The translations under genes and the position numbers were made by a program. From the NCBI GenBank assembly GCA_001643675.2, contig LSRY02000014.1, positions 868,001 through 932,000 on the forward strand: a DNA stretch of 64,000 nucleotides, read 5' to 3'. This document shows positions 33,801 to 45,700 of this stretch, one piece after another (position 1 is the first letter of the stretch; every line of letters starts with the position of its first letter). The notes beneath the pieces were generated by a model that did no database searches, was not told the DNA's origin, and was given only the letters and a program-made list of their open reading frames with translations. The DNA comes from Monocercomonoides exilis PA203. Its lineage: Eukaryota; Protista; Preaxostyla.

Positions 33801-34532
33801 TTTTAAAACTCTTCCAGTATTATTTGATCTAATTAGTGCAACAATTCGAAATGCAAGTGCCATCCAAGGCGAACGGATGACTTCAACATTCAATGAGCGA
33901 AGGCCATAAGCACTGAAATTATGAGCATTAAACACAAGATTGTATGCTTGAAATTCAGCTTCATTAGGACAAGTTATTCCTTGAAGATGAAGATCTTGAT
34001 AAAACTCTTCAAGAGAGATCAAGCATTTTTCCAATTGCTCATTATTTTGTGCAACATCAAAATATGGATCATATGCGCACTCATGATAAGATAATATGTG
34101 AAATCTAGCACATTGCTCATAAATTTCGACCATTTCAGTGTTCAAAATCCCTTGAACACTAAAATCTTTTCTAATAGCTCTCATTCTATCTCTGATAAAT
34201 GCATGCACTGTTGAAAACGGAACATCTGTTCGATTTATGATGGATGCCAGCAAGTATTCAGCTGTCTGTTTCAAAATAACTGGTGGTCTGACATCAATCG
34301 GGTCAGGGTTCTTATCTGCTGCAGCACGTTTAAATTTCTTTACGAATAATGATGGATTTGGCTCCATTTGTCCAGTAGCTGGATTTTCTGTTTTTTCAAA
34401 TATGTCAACATCTTTGCTAATAATTCTATCTTCTATTTGACGCTGGCTGCACATCTGCATGCAAACTCCGACCAAGTTCTTCTTTCCAGAATCAAAGCTC
34501 ATTGAATTGTCTGCCGAGAAGTCGGAGTCCAT
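27843..34532 (-). CDS. SAC3: SAC3/GANP-family TREX-2 scaffold, intronless 2229 aa
   Basis: LVGVCMQMC, VKKFKRAAA..DVRPPVILKQTAEYL, FIRDRMRAIRKDFSVQ, YEQCARFHI, CPNEAEFQAY; CID-like helix LYFTRWKK. Confidence 0.9.
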   Translation of the reverse strand: MDSDFSADNSMSFDSGKKNLVGVCMQMCSQRQIEDRIISKDVDIFEKTENPATGQMEPNPSLFVKKFKRAAADKNPDPIDVRPPVILKQTAEYLLASIINRTDVPFSTVHAFIRDRMRAIRKDFSVQGILNTEMVEIYEQCARFHILSYHECAYDPYFDVAQNNEQLEKCLISLEEFYQDLHLQGITCPNEAEFQAYNLVFNAHNFSAYGLRSLNVEVIRSPWMALAFRIVALIRSNNTGRVLKLIKGENGTNINYLFSCLLFRQIKTFRQVVWDTVVMQSCQRGAKWRVGELREIMLLSNDEEVLELAEKNQFLVEDGPNSSDVSMKVVHFPPITAASQKIPLTLGSPQRIDAISNKRGSLTTEQIVRGALTASGIGSAAGMSLQSGFTAPSSSSIEHTVTAREAKKDSISLFTATPLGSILRPSGLSASSASSTATSASAHFPKPTEKPFPSNEPLLPSSNPFSFTDTTKKQQPQKPQNPFMIALNSSSNEKLENNTEKSIFASIFSTPSSKGPLPSTSIPTTPTALSGFPQSSPISSSSLLPQSGANPLASADNPFMSLPAKHTSDSLKPSFTSFDNLPKKDFPNLSTGLQSALSTAPQKEETAKGAQTSLTPTTNVFTTPTTSAAANPFLKNNTTPFTNTLSNSATSAPSTTESKTPEFNIFSSFFNNNPSPAVSSSPSTQPSSAVPSQAETKTPSKSDVQVLLSEKVAPLTTAAGDNTFIKITAVPHPAATNPVIFAPISEPPKPSFPSTVFESSEKKEESKSEEKEKADNAIDALDNLPGFNFIREIDADAEQDQLSDDIMLSQTPTPIPIPPETPPTLFPSPFTTQPATAEKTVQKSPFNPFLGGEAAAQSTPSVENPFAVGVSKATDFLQQTPSNLHLFPANQWMDAKTELKTNENKGTECLVFPSNSTNAMTAEKKDEKSKVELSSISSKDEGNEMAEEEEAQKRESLKKFEEKQAEQQKSAKKQIALHRRTFNEKCICMLYFTRWKKNVRARIYSSIQDRSKQSFLAPVESVEIERVRKDFAEAEKANQNGKSNETPALLAMFAMSSTATAVAYLNQIASRASSTPYLTEHSFPQMVVDVLRGCSLMKMKKSISSLNTDALVTSRSSFFSLHIFSPVAAPFAGNKLNTATFSGWMSNIVRFIMSAASTSATDTNLQSNSSSQSDSIPSRILKEIEVQPNCNVLYSASNSTSPQTALSSLIILPPLPLSFVSQFSALLRQLSIPSLSNTANPLANASLSSFPYSSSRFFNADAFALSLSQLTESLTQYIREADSVLSFLQSQQFQLHTPLPVLFVASLLQEEYNGNKNAIPFQSEASSLHQSLLSFVSSDEHSPLYTASFHNSSLPIHPLSLLYAILHIAIRNVLQSTSFTLLIHNPFYSTSSSFSTSRSESLLSRLSLPVDESIQIPAEQFIFSDLESLIQKIVHATAVPTTRAFSVEYSKQMSKCQLIPHHNISFTHSFAPFLVSLYPLLSSSFPLFFKTMTKHLCSTHKSDSTSPLLSSFYQATSANNRLSSSAHSQSLISLNGGYALSLCLLLWNAFATHISSSISEFNAQNIPNLSEASVHHKMLALFYSSFLSSSDCSTIFASSSPSSPNQGSHPTSDCEVEFSSSSSLSFMPFASLVASSLFPVCGAEQKSIPQIPLLSCLLAAIPSPHLIYSHIKAFFTCNKTSILLLLKGSLSIFPNSSHPFTDAATVLVVLCLSSFIHQHVFLTQLPWKRQYGELFFEAPEFEPLTEKQKKRHRKTKNDTSSSSLNAPDASIGAESVASETSLISPAPSSNFACAVNKQLRKFMGYDGDYGESGSIEYVEETSYDLSKVRKDNSSCDPLQSSAKQNAIASLPDDSILQLDIKLFELADEHLPKIFNKVMAESTSRQKQKRTLEHRYKLVKKSLLVEDHDETDENVRFGKDKEPESSNIDESTSSAFRQLHWIIQKSIASLPFKFFKDSMFCLSEVLLERVTPIPYLVLLWTSKSTQPMNAVAQSVSERCSQLVPIVVNESVNCTSLASSVALLVFSSYHKEKQKENRLSRFSRRETEINEKYVNLMRMKQLADLANVVMLKKRKRAREECDELREDENEDEDETDDSKLIRTSSKRMKTSSYGSSEIFDASNSKITEDEKAFAEHLRLLVTETHNANYENSALGVGKRSFWSPWETEANKEEEFVERLKRMAAIPEANISNCQSADNQSFPNDNNNESVSMDLDEENTELLLEHSLLTCS

Positions 34533-34641
34533 GTATGATTTTCTTCCTTTGTCTTGAAAATTGAAAAAAAAGAAATGATCAACTCATTACCCACTATTTA
34601 GATTTCAAAATATTGATTTATTTCTATTGACATTTTGGTGA
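34533..34641. promoter_or_regulatory. Probable bidirectional promoter between SAC3 and CSE1
   Basis: Only 109 bp between the divergent predicted start codons; no specific motif identified. Confidence 0.5.
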
Positions 34642-37600
34642 ATGCAAAGAACTTTAGCTGAATCTTTAACCTTGGCTGCATCACAAAATTATAACGAGCT
34701 CCAAGAAGGTTGGATATACAGCGTTTTTATTGCTGCTTTGTAAGCTTTTATTTGTTTTAGGAACTCGTTCTCTTCAATACTTTGAGACTATTCCCGGATA
34801 TCCACTGGAATTGTTGAAATTGTTGGTAACAATGACCCCTTCTACTAACGCATATGAAACGACCGTGATCCAGTACAAAAATTTTATCATCAAGCATTGG
34901 GATGATGTGTGCAGTTTTCACTCTGGATTTCATTTGATTAACATCATCAACGAACTTCGTTTGCTTTAAAACATTTCATGAATATGTTAGGTGAAAAGTC
35001 AGCATCTTTTGAGCGAAGAAATGCGTGATAACATCAAAAGTGCAATGGTTCAGCTGTATTTTTCGTCAAATGACAGATGCAGAAAATATTTAATAGTTGC
35101 TGCTCGATGCATTAGTGAAAAGGATTTACCCCGTTTTTGGCCGTCATTTTTTGATGTATGTTGCTTTGAATTATTTTAAATGAAATGCGATCAAACATTT
35201 AAATTGTTCAGGATATAAAACCATATCTGAATGGAGAAAACATCGATCAAAAAGCAAATGCCTTTAATTTTTTGCATAAGTGCATGAAAAAGTATATCTT
35301 ATTGATTTCAGTAAAAAACTGCATGATTTTTTTTTCTTGTTAAATGAATTTTGTTCTTTAGATACAGATATTCTTATGCAAACAAAGAAGTGATGGAGGA
35401 ACTTATTTACATTCTACAACAAATCGATAACTTGATGATGACAACGTTCCAAGTTTGAATTTTAAAAATGAGATCATATTGAATGTTTTTTTTTTTTTCA
35501 TTCAATTCCAATTAAATACCTCTCTTACAGACATGCGTTGGACAGCTTCAAAGCTGTGCAACTGATACTGTGATGTTCACAAAGATGTTTAAAATTATTC
35601 TTCCTATCACCCAGCTTTTCCACACGCTTATCACTCACGATATTCCACAATTATTCTCTGATCATCTTTCAAAATGGATTGACAATTTTTCATTGATTCT
35701 TCAAGTTGACTCAAATGCTCAAACTGCAGAAGTATGTACATTTTCATGACGAATGCTTTTATATTTTTATTTATTTATTTAATTTTTCTTTTGAAAATGG
35801 ATGCGAATGAATATTTTTCAATTCTAGACACTTCTTCCAGAGAAAGCTTCAGTTATTGTTAAGACACAAACTGAAGTGATTGACACTCTTATTCTTTTGG
35901 TGGACAGATACCAGAAGGATATCCAAAACAATGTCCCAAGTTTGACAGGACTGATTTGGCGTTTGAAAGGCTCGCTGAGCGATAATGATGTCAAAAAGGA
36001 AAAGGTTTGTATTTCAATCTTTTACTGGCATTCAAGCATTATGTTTCATTACCCAACTTTTTTCTTTAATCTCCATCTTATAATGAAAATTTCACTATTG
36101 TTTTCATGCCAAACCTTGTCCCTCATTAATCCTATTAAAATAAATCACATATACATTTCAATTTCAATTCTCTCCATTTCATCGAATGAAACACTTTCTT
36201 TTAGCTCGCTGTGAATGCTCTTCGCTTTTTGGTTTCTTGTGCTGTGGGGCAATTCAGCGTCATTTTCAGAAATACAGACATCATCACTCAGATATTTAGA
36301 GACATTATTATTCCTAATCTTGCCATTGCTGGTTTGCTTATTTTCGAAAAGCTGTTCAAATTAGTTGTTTTATTTGCATATTTTGTTCATCTTTATTTAT
36401 TTATTTAAACTCCTCTTTAAAACACACTCATTTATTCAAACATACACGAAATTTGCATTCCAGAGCTCGAGCTGAATGACTTTGTCTACAACCCGCTGAA
36501 CTTTGTCGCACTTGATTTGGAGACGTGGGCAGAGCTGCGTTCAAAGCGCTATGTTTGTGTCGATCTCCTGCGAGCACTGATGAATGTCAGCCAGCAGTGG
36601 GCCAAAGAGACACAGACTGACTTTGTGTTGGACTTGGTGGTGAAGGAAGTGACTAGCCTGACCGAGGCATATGCAGCTGACCCGATCAACAGGTGGAGCT
36701 CAAAAGTGGCTGCAATCTTGCTGCTTTCTGCGTTTTGTGCAAAGGCTTGTTATTTTGATGCAATTTAATTTAATCTTATTTCTATTTATGGATTTAAATT
36801 TTTCATTTCATTTCATTCTAATGCATGTAAATTTTGCATATATTTTATTTTAGACTCATTCATTCACCCGTGGAGTATCACAGGTGAACCATCTGAATGT
36901 TGTGCATGGATTTATTGCACAGCACATTCTGCCAGCTTTGACAACTCCACTCGAGCAGAGGCCAGCAGATGCTCCTGCAATCACAAGCGAGCAGCTGATT
37001 CGACTGCAGCTTGTTCGCTCACAGGAAATAAAGTTCCTGTTTTTCTTCAGAGAATGGGTGTGTTGCTGTTGGATTTGTTTTTGGTTTTGATTCAATTAGA
37101 AACATATTGCTATTGGTGCATGGTTATTCTATTTGTGAATGAAATTTCTTACCATTTTTTTTTTTTTTTGATTTTTGTTTATTTTGTTGGCATTTTGTTT
37201 TGATGGGAAATTTTCTAATTTCTATGTTTTACCAAATGTTTATATATATTCTAAATAACAGCTTCCTCCAGACCAATACACAAATGTGCTGCAAATTCTT
37301 ATTCAGAACTGTCTTGTCTCTCCACATGTTGTCATCCACACTTATGCTGCATGCACAATCGAAAAGATTCTCCTTTTAAGAAGCAAAAATGGATTAATGT
37401 TTGAATTGGCACATTATTTTCGGCTTTAAGTTCTCATTTTGTGTTTTAAATACTTGGTTGCTTATCTGTCATTTTGATATGAATATCTTTTTTAGAATAA
37501 AACGAGAAACACTGCATGGGATATTGCCAACCTTGCTCGATTTGATGTTTCGCTGGATCCACCCAGAAGGCGGAGAGGACAACGAGTATGTGATGAAGGC

Positions 37601-39728
37601 ACTCTCAACAGTCATCAACCAGTCGCGCTCGCTGATTGTGGAGAAGGCTGGTGTTGTTCTGGACTCTCTCTCTGCTATTCTGTCTCGCGTGATGCAAGCG
37701 CCGCAGAAGCCTCGTTTCAATCACTTCATGTTTGAGGCATTAGGTGTGCTATTGATTGGAGTTGCAGATATTTAATCAATCATTTGCACTTTTTGTTGTT
37801 ATCTTTTATTTATTTCTATCTTTGAATGAATACATTTTCCCAACAACATCCATATTCTTCATTGTATTAGCTGCGCTTATCCGCAATGTCTGCCTGGAAA
37901 ACGCGTCGAGGGTGAACATATTCACCGAAAAACTGACGCCTTCCTTTGGCTTCATTCTCAGCAAAGTTCCAGTGAAAACACCGTCTACTGCTCCTGGCGC
38001 TACGGGTGCAGCAACCCCTGCCACTGGCACAGCAGCTGAAAGCACGACTCTGAAAGTGCCAGAGTTTGTGCCGTATGTTGTGCAGCTGTTCTGCCTGATC
38101 GTCCGCTTTGATGTGACCATCACACCAACGCTGAGCTCTCTTATCACTCTTTTCCTCAATCAGCAGATGTGGGAGTATGAAGGATACATCCCACCTCTCA
38201 CTAGACTTCTCTCTATCGTCACAAGCAAGGTTTGATTGGTTGTATTTAATGGAATAATTATTTTGTTTATTTATCTTTGCTTTCATAAACAATCAATTTT
38301 AATTTTAAATATTTTCTAATTGCATTACATGATACTTTGTTAACTTCATCCAACAGTTTTCATCCTACTTTTTCAATCCACAAGATCCTAAACTCCAAGA
38401 GACCCCTCTCTCTGGCCAATCAACAGCTGAGCAATTTGTTAACCCAATCATTCAGATTGTTAACAAACTTATTCAATCTCCTTCACAAGATCTGTATGCA
38501 TTCCAGCTGCTGGATGCATTGACCAAGACACTCTCAACGCCTCTCTCTGCTGCTCTCCCAGGCGCTTCATCATCCACAATGCCATCAACTGGCATACTTC
38601 CTTCTGCTCCAGGCACCTCTGCCTCTGCCTCCAGCGGAGCAACAGACCACGCAACAAAGCTTGAAAAAATGCGCCCGTTTGTGCCGGGAAAGCCAGACGA
38701 GAATCCGCTCTTCCACAAGCTGGTCTCGCCACACATGGTGGGCATCTGCAGAGTGTTGTTGTCGAGATTCAAGAAGGTGACACCAACAAGGCTGTTGGGA
38801 CGCACTGCCCAATGGATTGGGCTGCTGATGTACAGAAGAGGCATCCAATACCCGATTGATTTGTTTGAGGCTGCACAACCTGGGTTTGTTTTATTTGTAT
38901 TTGTTGCTTCTTTGTTAATTTTTTGTTCGATTCACAATGCATTTTAATGTTTATAACTTTTTCTACTGATAATTACTGTGAAATATGTTTTTTTTTTAAA
39001 TTTCCTTTTATTAAAATAGATCTTTCATGTTAGTTCTTCAGCAATGGGTTGATAAAGCTAACTCCTTCCAAAATCATTTCGAAATTAAATGCAGCGTTTA
39101 TGGTCTTCTGTGCTTGATGACAGAATATCCAGTTATGATGCAGCAGCTTGCTTTATGGTATATTGCTTTTCTATCATTATGCAAATATCAATAATCTCTA
39201 TTTCTATTTTCATTTTTTCATTTTTCATTTTTTTATTTTATTTTATTTTATTTTATTTCATTTTAATATTTCATTTTTTATCATTTTTAATAGGGATAAA
39301 ATATTTAATTCCTGCTATTCCATTTTCAATGTCGATCAAATGCCTATTTGGAATCTCGATACACTTGAAGAAGAAGAAGAAGAAGAAACTGTTTGCTTTT
39401 TCTGTTTTTGTTGAAACCTCATTTTATTTATCCCTTATTTTAATGAATTTATTTATTTGTTCAGAAAATGCAAAAGGGTTATGATGTTCCATATTCTCCT
39501 CTTGTATTCGCAAAGACACGTGATGATCGCATGATTGATCCAATGCCTTGTTTTGCTCCAGTTCGGACATGCTTTGCACTTAAGATTCAAGCTTTTCTCT
39601 TAGCAAATCCTCAATTCGCCCAGACAATTTATCCACAGACCCAACAAAACATACAAAAATTGTTGCAGGATTGCAATCTCGTGCCAAAAACAGCTGCTCC
39701 TGCAACTGCTCCAACAACAATGCAATAG
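34642..39728 (+). CDS. CSE1: Exportin-2 (CSE1/CAS, importin-alpha re-exporter), many exons
   Basis: IBN_N-like YKNFIIKHW, ISEKDLPRFWP; NPLNFVALDLE..KRYVCVDLLRAL; VVIHTYAACTIEKIL; EDNEYVMKAL; PQKPRFNHFMFEAL; PEFVPYVVQL; GYIPPLTRLL. Confidence 0.88.
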
Positions 39729-40548
39729 AAAAATTTCGCTTCACTTCTTTTCAAATAACTTTTTTTTTAATTAAAATAAAATCCAATATATTATGTTAAA
39801 AGATTGAACACTTCAATTTGTTTATGCGTTAGATTGATATGTTGTTTTGCTTATGATATGTTCTTTATACTTTTTAACAAAATCCAATTATTTGCAGCAG
39901 GACAACCTTTAATAATGAAGAACTGATTCTAATCATTCAATCATGAAGAACAATGTTCTTTAACGATTGTTAAAAACACTACTTGTACAAAACAATCAGC
40001 ATCATATTTTTATTCAGATCTTTCTCTTTTTCCTGATGAAATTAACCAAAGGGCATGACTTTTAACAAAAACAAGATTTTCAATTTTTCTTTTGTTTTTG
40101 GCTTATTTTCAGGAGAAAAAATGAAAAATGAAAATAAATCTCGAACAGCAACAAAAATGAAAAAGACAGAAAAAGAAAAAAAATATTAACGAAAAACTAT
40201 AACTAACATTACACTCGTTAAAAACAAAAAAACAAAAACAAAAACAAATTTTAATTAAAATTGTAAAAAGAAAATAAATAAATAAATAAATAAATATTTT
40301 GGCATCTTTCATTTCCCGAAAAATAAAAACATCAACATAAAAATAAGGAACTGATAAAATATCTATATTGTGAAGGGAAATAAAAATAACTAAATAAATA
40401 ATATAGGCGCTGCCAAATAAAAAACTAAAAATTCATTAAATATTGAATAATGATAGTGAATTTGATTCGAAATGTAACTGAAACTTGGAAACACAAATTG
40501 TAAAAAATAGTGAAAAATAAATTATCTGACAATCGGGCAAAATAATGA

Positions 40549-42537
40549 TCACTGAATAAATTCTATTCGATTGGATTCAGTAGGCGCATTTTCGTTAGGT
40601 AAATTGTTTAAATACGAAGCGACGCCAGGAGAAGGAGGGTCAGGTGTAGGAGGCCGATTGACACATTCATCTGTATCGCATTCTTCGTCCATAAGTTCGA
40701 TTGAAAATTCAGAGGTATCGTCAAAAATCCATTCAACATGTTGGCAACGAACAATCACCATCCTCACAATAAATACAATAAAAAACAAGGCAACACAGCA
40801 AACAATAGTTCCAACAAGAATATCCTTTGGATCGTCACTCACTGGGTCTGTATATTTATTCCCGCATTCTCCAGTAATCCAAAAGTCTTCCTTGTCATCA
40901 TCGCCTATACTAACCTTTGGACTCAAGCTGTTTGATTCACATTCATGACAAAGATCAGTGCATTGAATTAAATCCGCCCAATCAGAAACTGTAGCTATGT
41001 CATTTCCATGTTCGTTTGCGCTGTTTGAGAAAAACTTGCATCGCTCAAATTTCACACTTGCATATTTCGTTGGCTTGTAACTTAAAAATGATGCGCCTCC
41101 TCGGCCATTAAAAGCAGAACATCGAATAAAAGTGCATTCTTGCAAAAACACTAAGCCTTTTGATGATGTAAAGCAGATGCCTCCTCCACCATGGAAATTT
41201 TCCAAATATACTATTGAAGACTGCTCGTAAGCGCAATTTGTTCCAGGCGATGCCTGCGAATAACAGCCTGAACAGCAATTGAAAAATTTACAACTTTTGA
41301 AAAATGAAGTATTTTTAGTTGAGTATGCAGCAAATCCTCCTCCATTACCATTTTCTGTTGAGCATCTTTCAAAACTACAGTCTTCCAATTCATAATAATC
41401 TTTCGCGCATACCGCACCTCCGTCGTTAACAGCTTTACAATAACTGAATGAAGTTGCTTTTATTGAGAGCCTAATATTCTTTGAGTAGAATGAAACGCAA
41501 ATAGCCCCGCCGCATCCATCAAACGAATTTATACCGATTTCCTCTCGAAAATAAGTTTCATTTCCTTTATAGTCATGCTGAAATTTTTCTGGTTTGCAAC
41601 TACAATCTTCAAACAAGCAATTTTCAATTTTCAAACATCCATCTTCTCCTTCGATCGTTAAAGCACCTCCTTCTCCATAATGAGTAACATCAATAAAAGA
41701 ATCATGAATAAACGAAGAATTAACCCTATCTGTTTTGTGCTTTTTATATGCCCATTTACAATGCATAAACGAAGAATTGTATGAAGAATATGATTTACTT
41801 AACAATCCATGAACAAGTCCTCCATAAAATACATTGTCAATATATTGAAATGTGTTCGAATTCAAACAACAATCCACGGATCGTATCGCTGTTTTTTGTT
41901 CTGATGACCTTTGCTCCGGAGAACGATCAGAGTGCGTAAAATTATTAAAGTTGCAATTATAAATTAAAATTTTCTGTGTATTCTCGTTTTCAAATAAAGG
42001 ATAATTGCAGCCAATTATAAATGTTGATAAAGAAGTATCCTTTATCGAACTTATTCCTCCTCTTGCTTCATTTTGGATCAAAGCATTTGAAACTGTTAAA
42101 TATAATGAAAAAACAAATGAAATATTCTTGATTTCAGTAAACGCTCCATTTGCGGTGATAAATTTTTTCATCACAGTATTGACGCAAACTACACAATCCT
42201 TCATGGTTATTGCGCCATCAAAGCACATTTCCGCAATTGATTCTCTGGAACAATATAAGAAATCGATTGAAGAAATTGTTAATGTTGAATTCCATGTTTT
42301 CAACAATGATTTACAAGAATTTGCTGAGTTCCAAGACAACTGTGTTGGCAGCAACTTTTGCATTTGAAGTTTTGTATTCTCTGTAAAGATTGAGTGATAG
42401 TTTATCATCGATTGATGTTGAGAATATATTTGCTTTGCTTCGTTTACAAATCTTTGATCCAGTAACTCTTTGGGTGAAACAAACTGGTGTATTGCATTGG
42501 AAATCAGACTTAACACAAAAGAAATCAAATATAACAT
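40549..42537 (-). CDS. Type I membrane protein with Cys-rich right-handed beta-helix (GGA/FxxC) repeats
   Basis: Hydrophobic N-terminus; repeated GGAL/GGAI/GGAV/GGGF/GGGI/GGAS separated by FEDC/FSYC/FERC/FFNC/FIRC; TM ILVGTIVCCVALFFIVFIV; acidic Pro-rich tail. Confidence 0.75.
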   Translation of the reverse strand: MLYLISFVLSLISNAIHQFVSPKELLDQRFVNEAKQIYSQHQSMINYHSIFTENTKLQMQKLLPTQLSWNSANSCKSLLKTWNSTLTISSIDFLYCSRESIAEMCFDGAITMKDCVVCVNTVMKKFITANGAFTEIKNISFVFSLYLTVSNALIQNEARGGISSIKDTSLSTFIIGCNYPLFENENTQKILIYNCNFNNFTHSDRSPEQRSSEQKTAIRSVDCCLNSNTFQYIDNVFYGGLVHGLLSKSYSSYNSSFMHCKWAYKKHKTDRVNSSFIHDSFIDVTHYGEGGALTIEGEDGCLKIENCLFEDCSCKPEKFQHDYKGNETYFREEIGINSFDGCGGAICVSFYSKNIRLSIKATSFSYCKAVNDGGAVCAKDYYELEDCSFERCSTENGNGGGFAAYSTKNTSFFKSCKFFNCCSGCYSQASPGTNCAYEQSSIVYLENFHGGGGICFTSSKGLVFLQECTFIRCSAFNGRGGASFLSYKPTKYASVKFERCKFFSNSANEHGNDIATVSDWADLIQCTDLCHECESNSLSPKVSIGDDDKEDFWITGECGNKYTDPVSDDPKDILVGTIVCCVALFFIVFIVRMVIVRCQHVEWIFDDTSEFSIELMDEECDTDECVNRPPTPDPPSPGVASYLNNLPNENAPTESNRIEFIQ

Positions 42538-42709
42538 AAAAACAATTCCTCTCGAATAATTTTGCCTACTATATTATGGCTTAGTTCTTTTTTTCTAAAT
42601 ATATTGTTTCTGTGTTGTAATGAATTGCACAAAATATTAACTTTAAAAATTACTATTTTTTTTAAAAATTATTAAAAACTAACCCATTTTAATTGTGAAA
42701 CCAGTTTAG

Positions 42710-45700
42710 ATGTCTGGAGAAAATCCTCTTTCTCCATCTTTGACATTTGGTTGGAAGCCTGACGTTGTCGGAAATGGTGCATTGTTAGCCGATGGACGTA
42801 TTTGTTATGTGGCAAATAAGTTACTCGTCATATATAATCCAGTGGATCACACTCAAGATATTTCATGTTGTGATTCTCGAAGTACAGCAACTGCAATGGC
42901 ACTTTCTGCAAATCGTAGATTAATTGCCGTTGCTGCGCAGATGACGGATCAGAAGCCGTTTATTGAGCTTTTTACAATTCCTTTTTCGAAAAAAACAATT
43001 TTAAAAGCTGATGTTCTTGAAGGGCGGGCATGCACAAATTCATCTTTTCAACTGAACTTATTATGATCGATTTTATTTTGATTTTGATTATTTTTATTGT
43101 ATCTATGACATCGTGTGTAAAGAAAATAACTTCATTAAGCTTCAGTCATGATTCAAGGCTTCTTGCTGCGACATTCTCATCTGGTTCGACTTCTGTTGCT
43201 GTCTGGTATCTCGATAAAGAGAGGCCACGACTTTCAGCTTTTATAACCCTGCCAAAGCAATATGGACCTCTTTCAGATATGTATGTGAGAACATCTTTAT
43301 TGTTTTGTTTGTTTTGATCCTGAAAATAATGTCATGATTATATTTGAAACGTGTTATAATAGTCAATTTCATCATCAAGCAACTTCGCATATTGTTTGTT
43401 GTGGTAATGGTCATGTGGCAGTTTTGACATACACTTCTTCAGAAGATGAATTAGATGGAGAGCAAGAAAAGGCGACAACGCTTCACTACGCAGGAACACT
43501 TGAACTTGATAGAGAAATCAAACAACCATCTGATGTTGTGAGCGCGACGTTTTCCCCAACATCCGTAAATGTTGTGATGGGAGAAGCAAAAGGACAAGTT
43601 GTGGAGGAAACAGCTGAAGGTTTCACTCTGCTTCACGATGGTTGTGGCGAAAGCATTGTGTGTGTGCGTCAAAGTCCAAAGGGAATTGTTGCGATTGATG
43701 CTGCACATAATGTTATAGTTATTCCACTCGATCAGCACACACTTGAATATACAAAAGCTGGCGTATATTCGCTTTGTGATACAAGGCTTTTCCCTGAAAT
43801 TAAAGTTTGTATTTGTTCTTTAAAATTCGATCTTTGTTATTCTTTCTCTACTAAATAATGTTGTAATTATGTTATTTACAATTTTTTTTTCAGGTGACTC
43901 CTGGAAGAACAGGGGTTCATCCGTTGTCTGTTCATCCAACGCACATTCCGATAGGATGGGGTGTTGGATCAAACTCAGGACTTACTGGAGCTGCGGGCGA
44001 TGGCAGCTCTGATTCTGGCTCCTCTTCCTCTTCTTCTTCTGACAGCATTTATGGAACAGCCAGAGGGAATTCTTCTGCAACTCCATCTTCTCTGTATTTA
44101 TCACGTTCTGAGTCTGGTGTTGATACACCTGCATCTTCAAGTAGCATCGACTCAGACATAAACAACGAACTCCCACCGCACCTTTCGTGCTTCTTCCCAA
44201 CAACACAACTGCAGACAAACACAGTAGCAGCCATCACTCTTGCTGGAGGTACTGCTGGTGGTGTCGGCGCTGGCTCAGCAAGCACTTTATTCACAGGAAA
44301 CGCGCCTGGTGGGGCTGGTCTGGGGATTTTGGGAGGAGCATCTTCGCCGCTTGCCTCTGGCCCAAGCGTCGTTGGCATCGGGATGGCAGCAAGCGGGTCT
44401 GGCAGTGGAGGCAGCGGAGGTCTGGGCGGAGGGCCGACAGCAACTCGTGCACTCACCCAGTTCTTTGCTCCTATTGCACAACGCCACTCCGACGTGCTTA
44501 CCAGCGACTACTGCCCTCGTTTTGTTGCCACTCTCCACTTCTCAAAGAACAGTGATACGTTTATTGTGGGCGGAGGTGGGCTGGGCCGAATTATACTGAT
44601 GGGATGGAATCCGCTCTCCACCAAGTCGCGGGAACTGCTTCCGTCTCTTCACTACAGCGTCGTCACACACGCAATCCCATCACAGCGCCGAGGGATTGTA
44701 GTCACCGCCGGCGAAGACCGTTCGCTGCGCGTGTTCGACATCGCAACCCGAAGGCAGCTGGATTCTTCGGTTCCGCTCACCGATGCTGTTCTGGGGATGG
44801 ATACAGATGTGTCTGGCTTTGTTGTGGCTGCTGGGTTTGCTGACAAATTGCGATTGTCCTCTTTGTTGATGGACGGTCTCTCACCAATGCGCGAGCTGAA
44901 TGTGAAGAAGTGCCATCTCGTCTGCTTTTCGCACGGAGGGCATCTGCTGGCGTGTGTGCACGCTGGTACAACCATCCTCGTCTTCTCCACATACGGAAGC
45001 TCTGAGTGGAGGCACCGGATGTCTGATCACATGGGCCGTGTGACTGGTATGTGCTGGTCACCCGACGACCACATCCTCGCAACATGCAGCGCAACTGGTG
45101 CTGTGTATCTGTTCAGAATTGATGGAGAAAACGCACAAAAGCGGGACATCCACCGCTTTGCGGAGTCTCTCACTGCAAAATGCCACTACACTTCAATCTG
45201 CATGAACGACGACGGGTCTTCGGTGTATGTTGTGGGGAGTGAGCAGGTGGATAGAGAACGCTCTGCGCAAAATCAGTCCCAAATGAATACAGGCTCTTCT
45301 TTGTCGCAAATGTCATCTGGCAACGAGAGCGAGGCTGGAGGCATGGCATCTGGTGGTGGGATGAGTGGGATGGGTGGTGGGGGTGTTGACCGTCAGTTCT
45401 ACATTCGCGAGATCCAATACAACCCTGATTCAGAAGGTGCGTTGATAGCTGTACAGGAGCCATGTTCTTTGGAAGCTGTGAAAGTTGCATGCACATCACG
45501 GTATCTGTTTGTTGGAACTAACCAAGGTGTCATCCGATCGTATCCTCTTCCACTTCAGAGAGGGCCACCGGGGACAAACCACTTCTTCGACATTTGCTGT
45601 CAGATTGGTCCAATCCGTTCGCTTTCTGTTCTTCCGATCGATTCGCAGCTGGTAACAGGAGATGCTGATGGAACACTGTGTGTGTTTGATATCTCTAACT

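Noticed and set aside
28607-34440. Overlapping short ORFs within SAC3 (likewise within CSE1 and CFAP57)
   Set aside because: Antisense or alternate-frame by-products with no motifs
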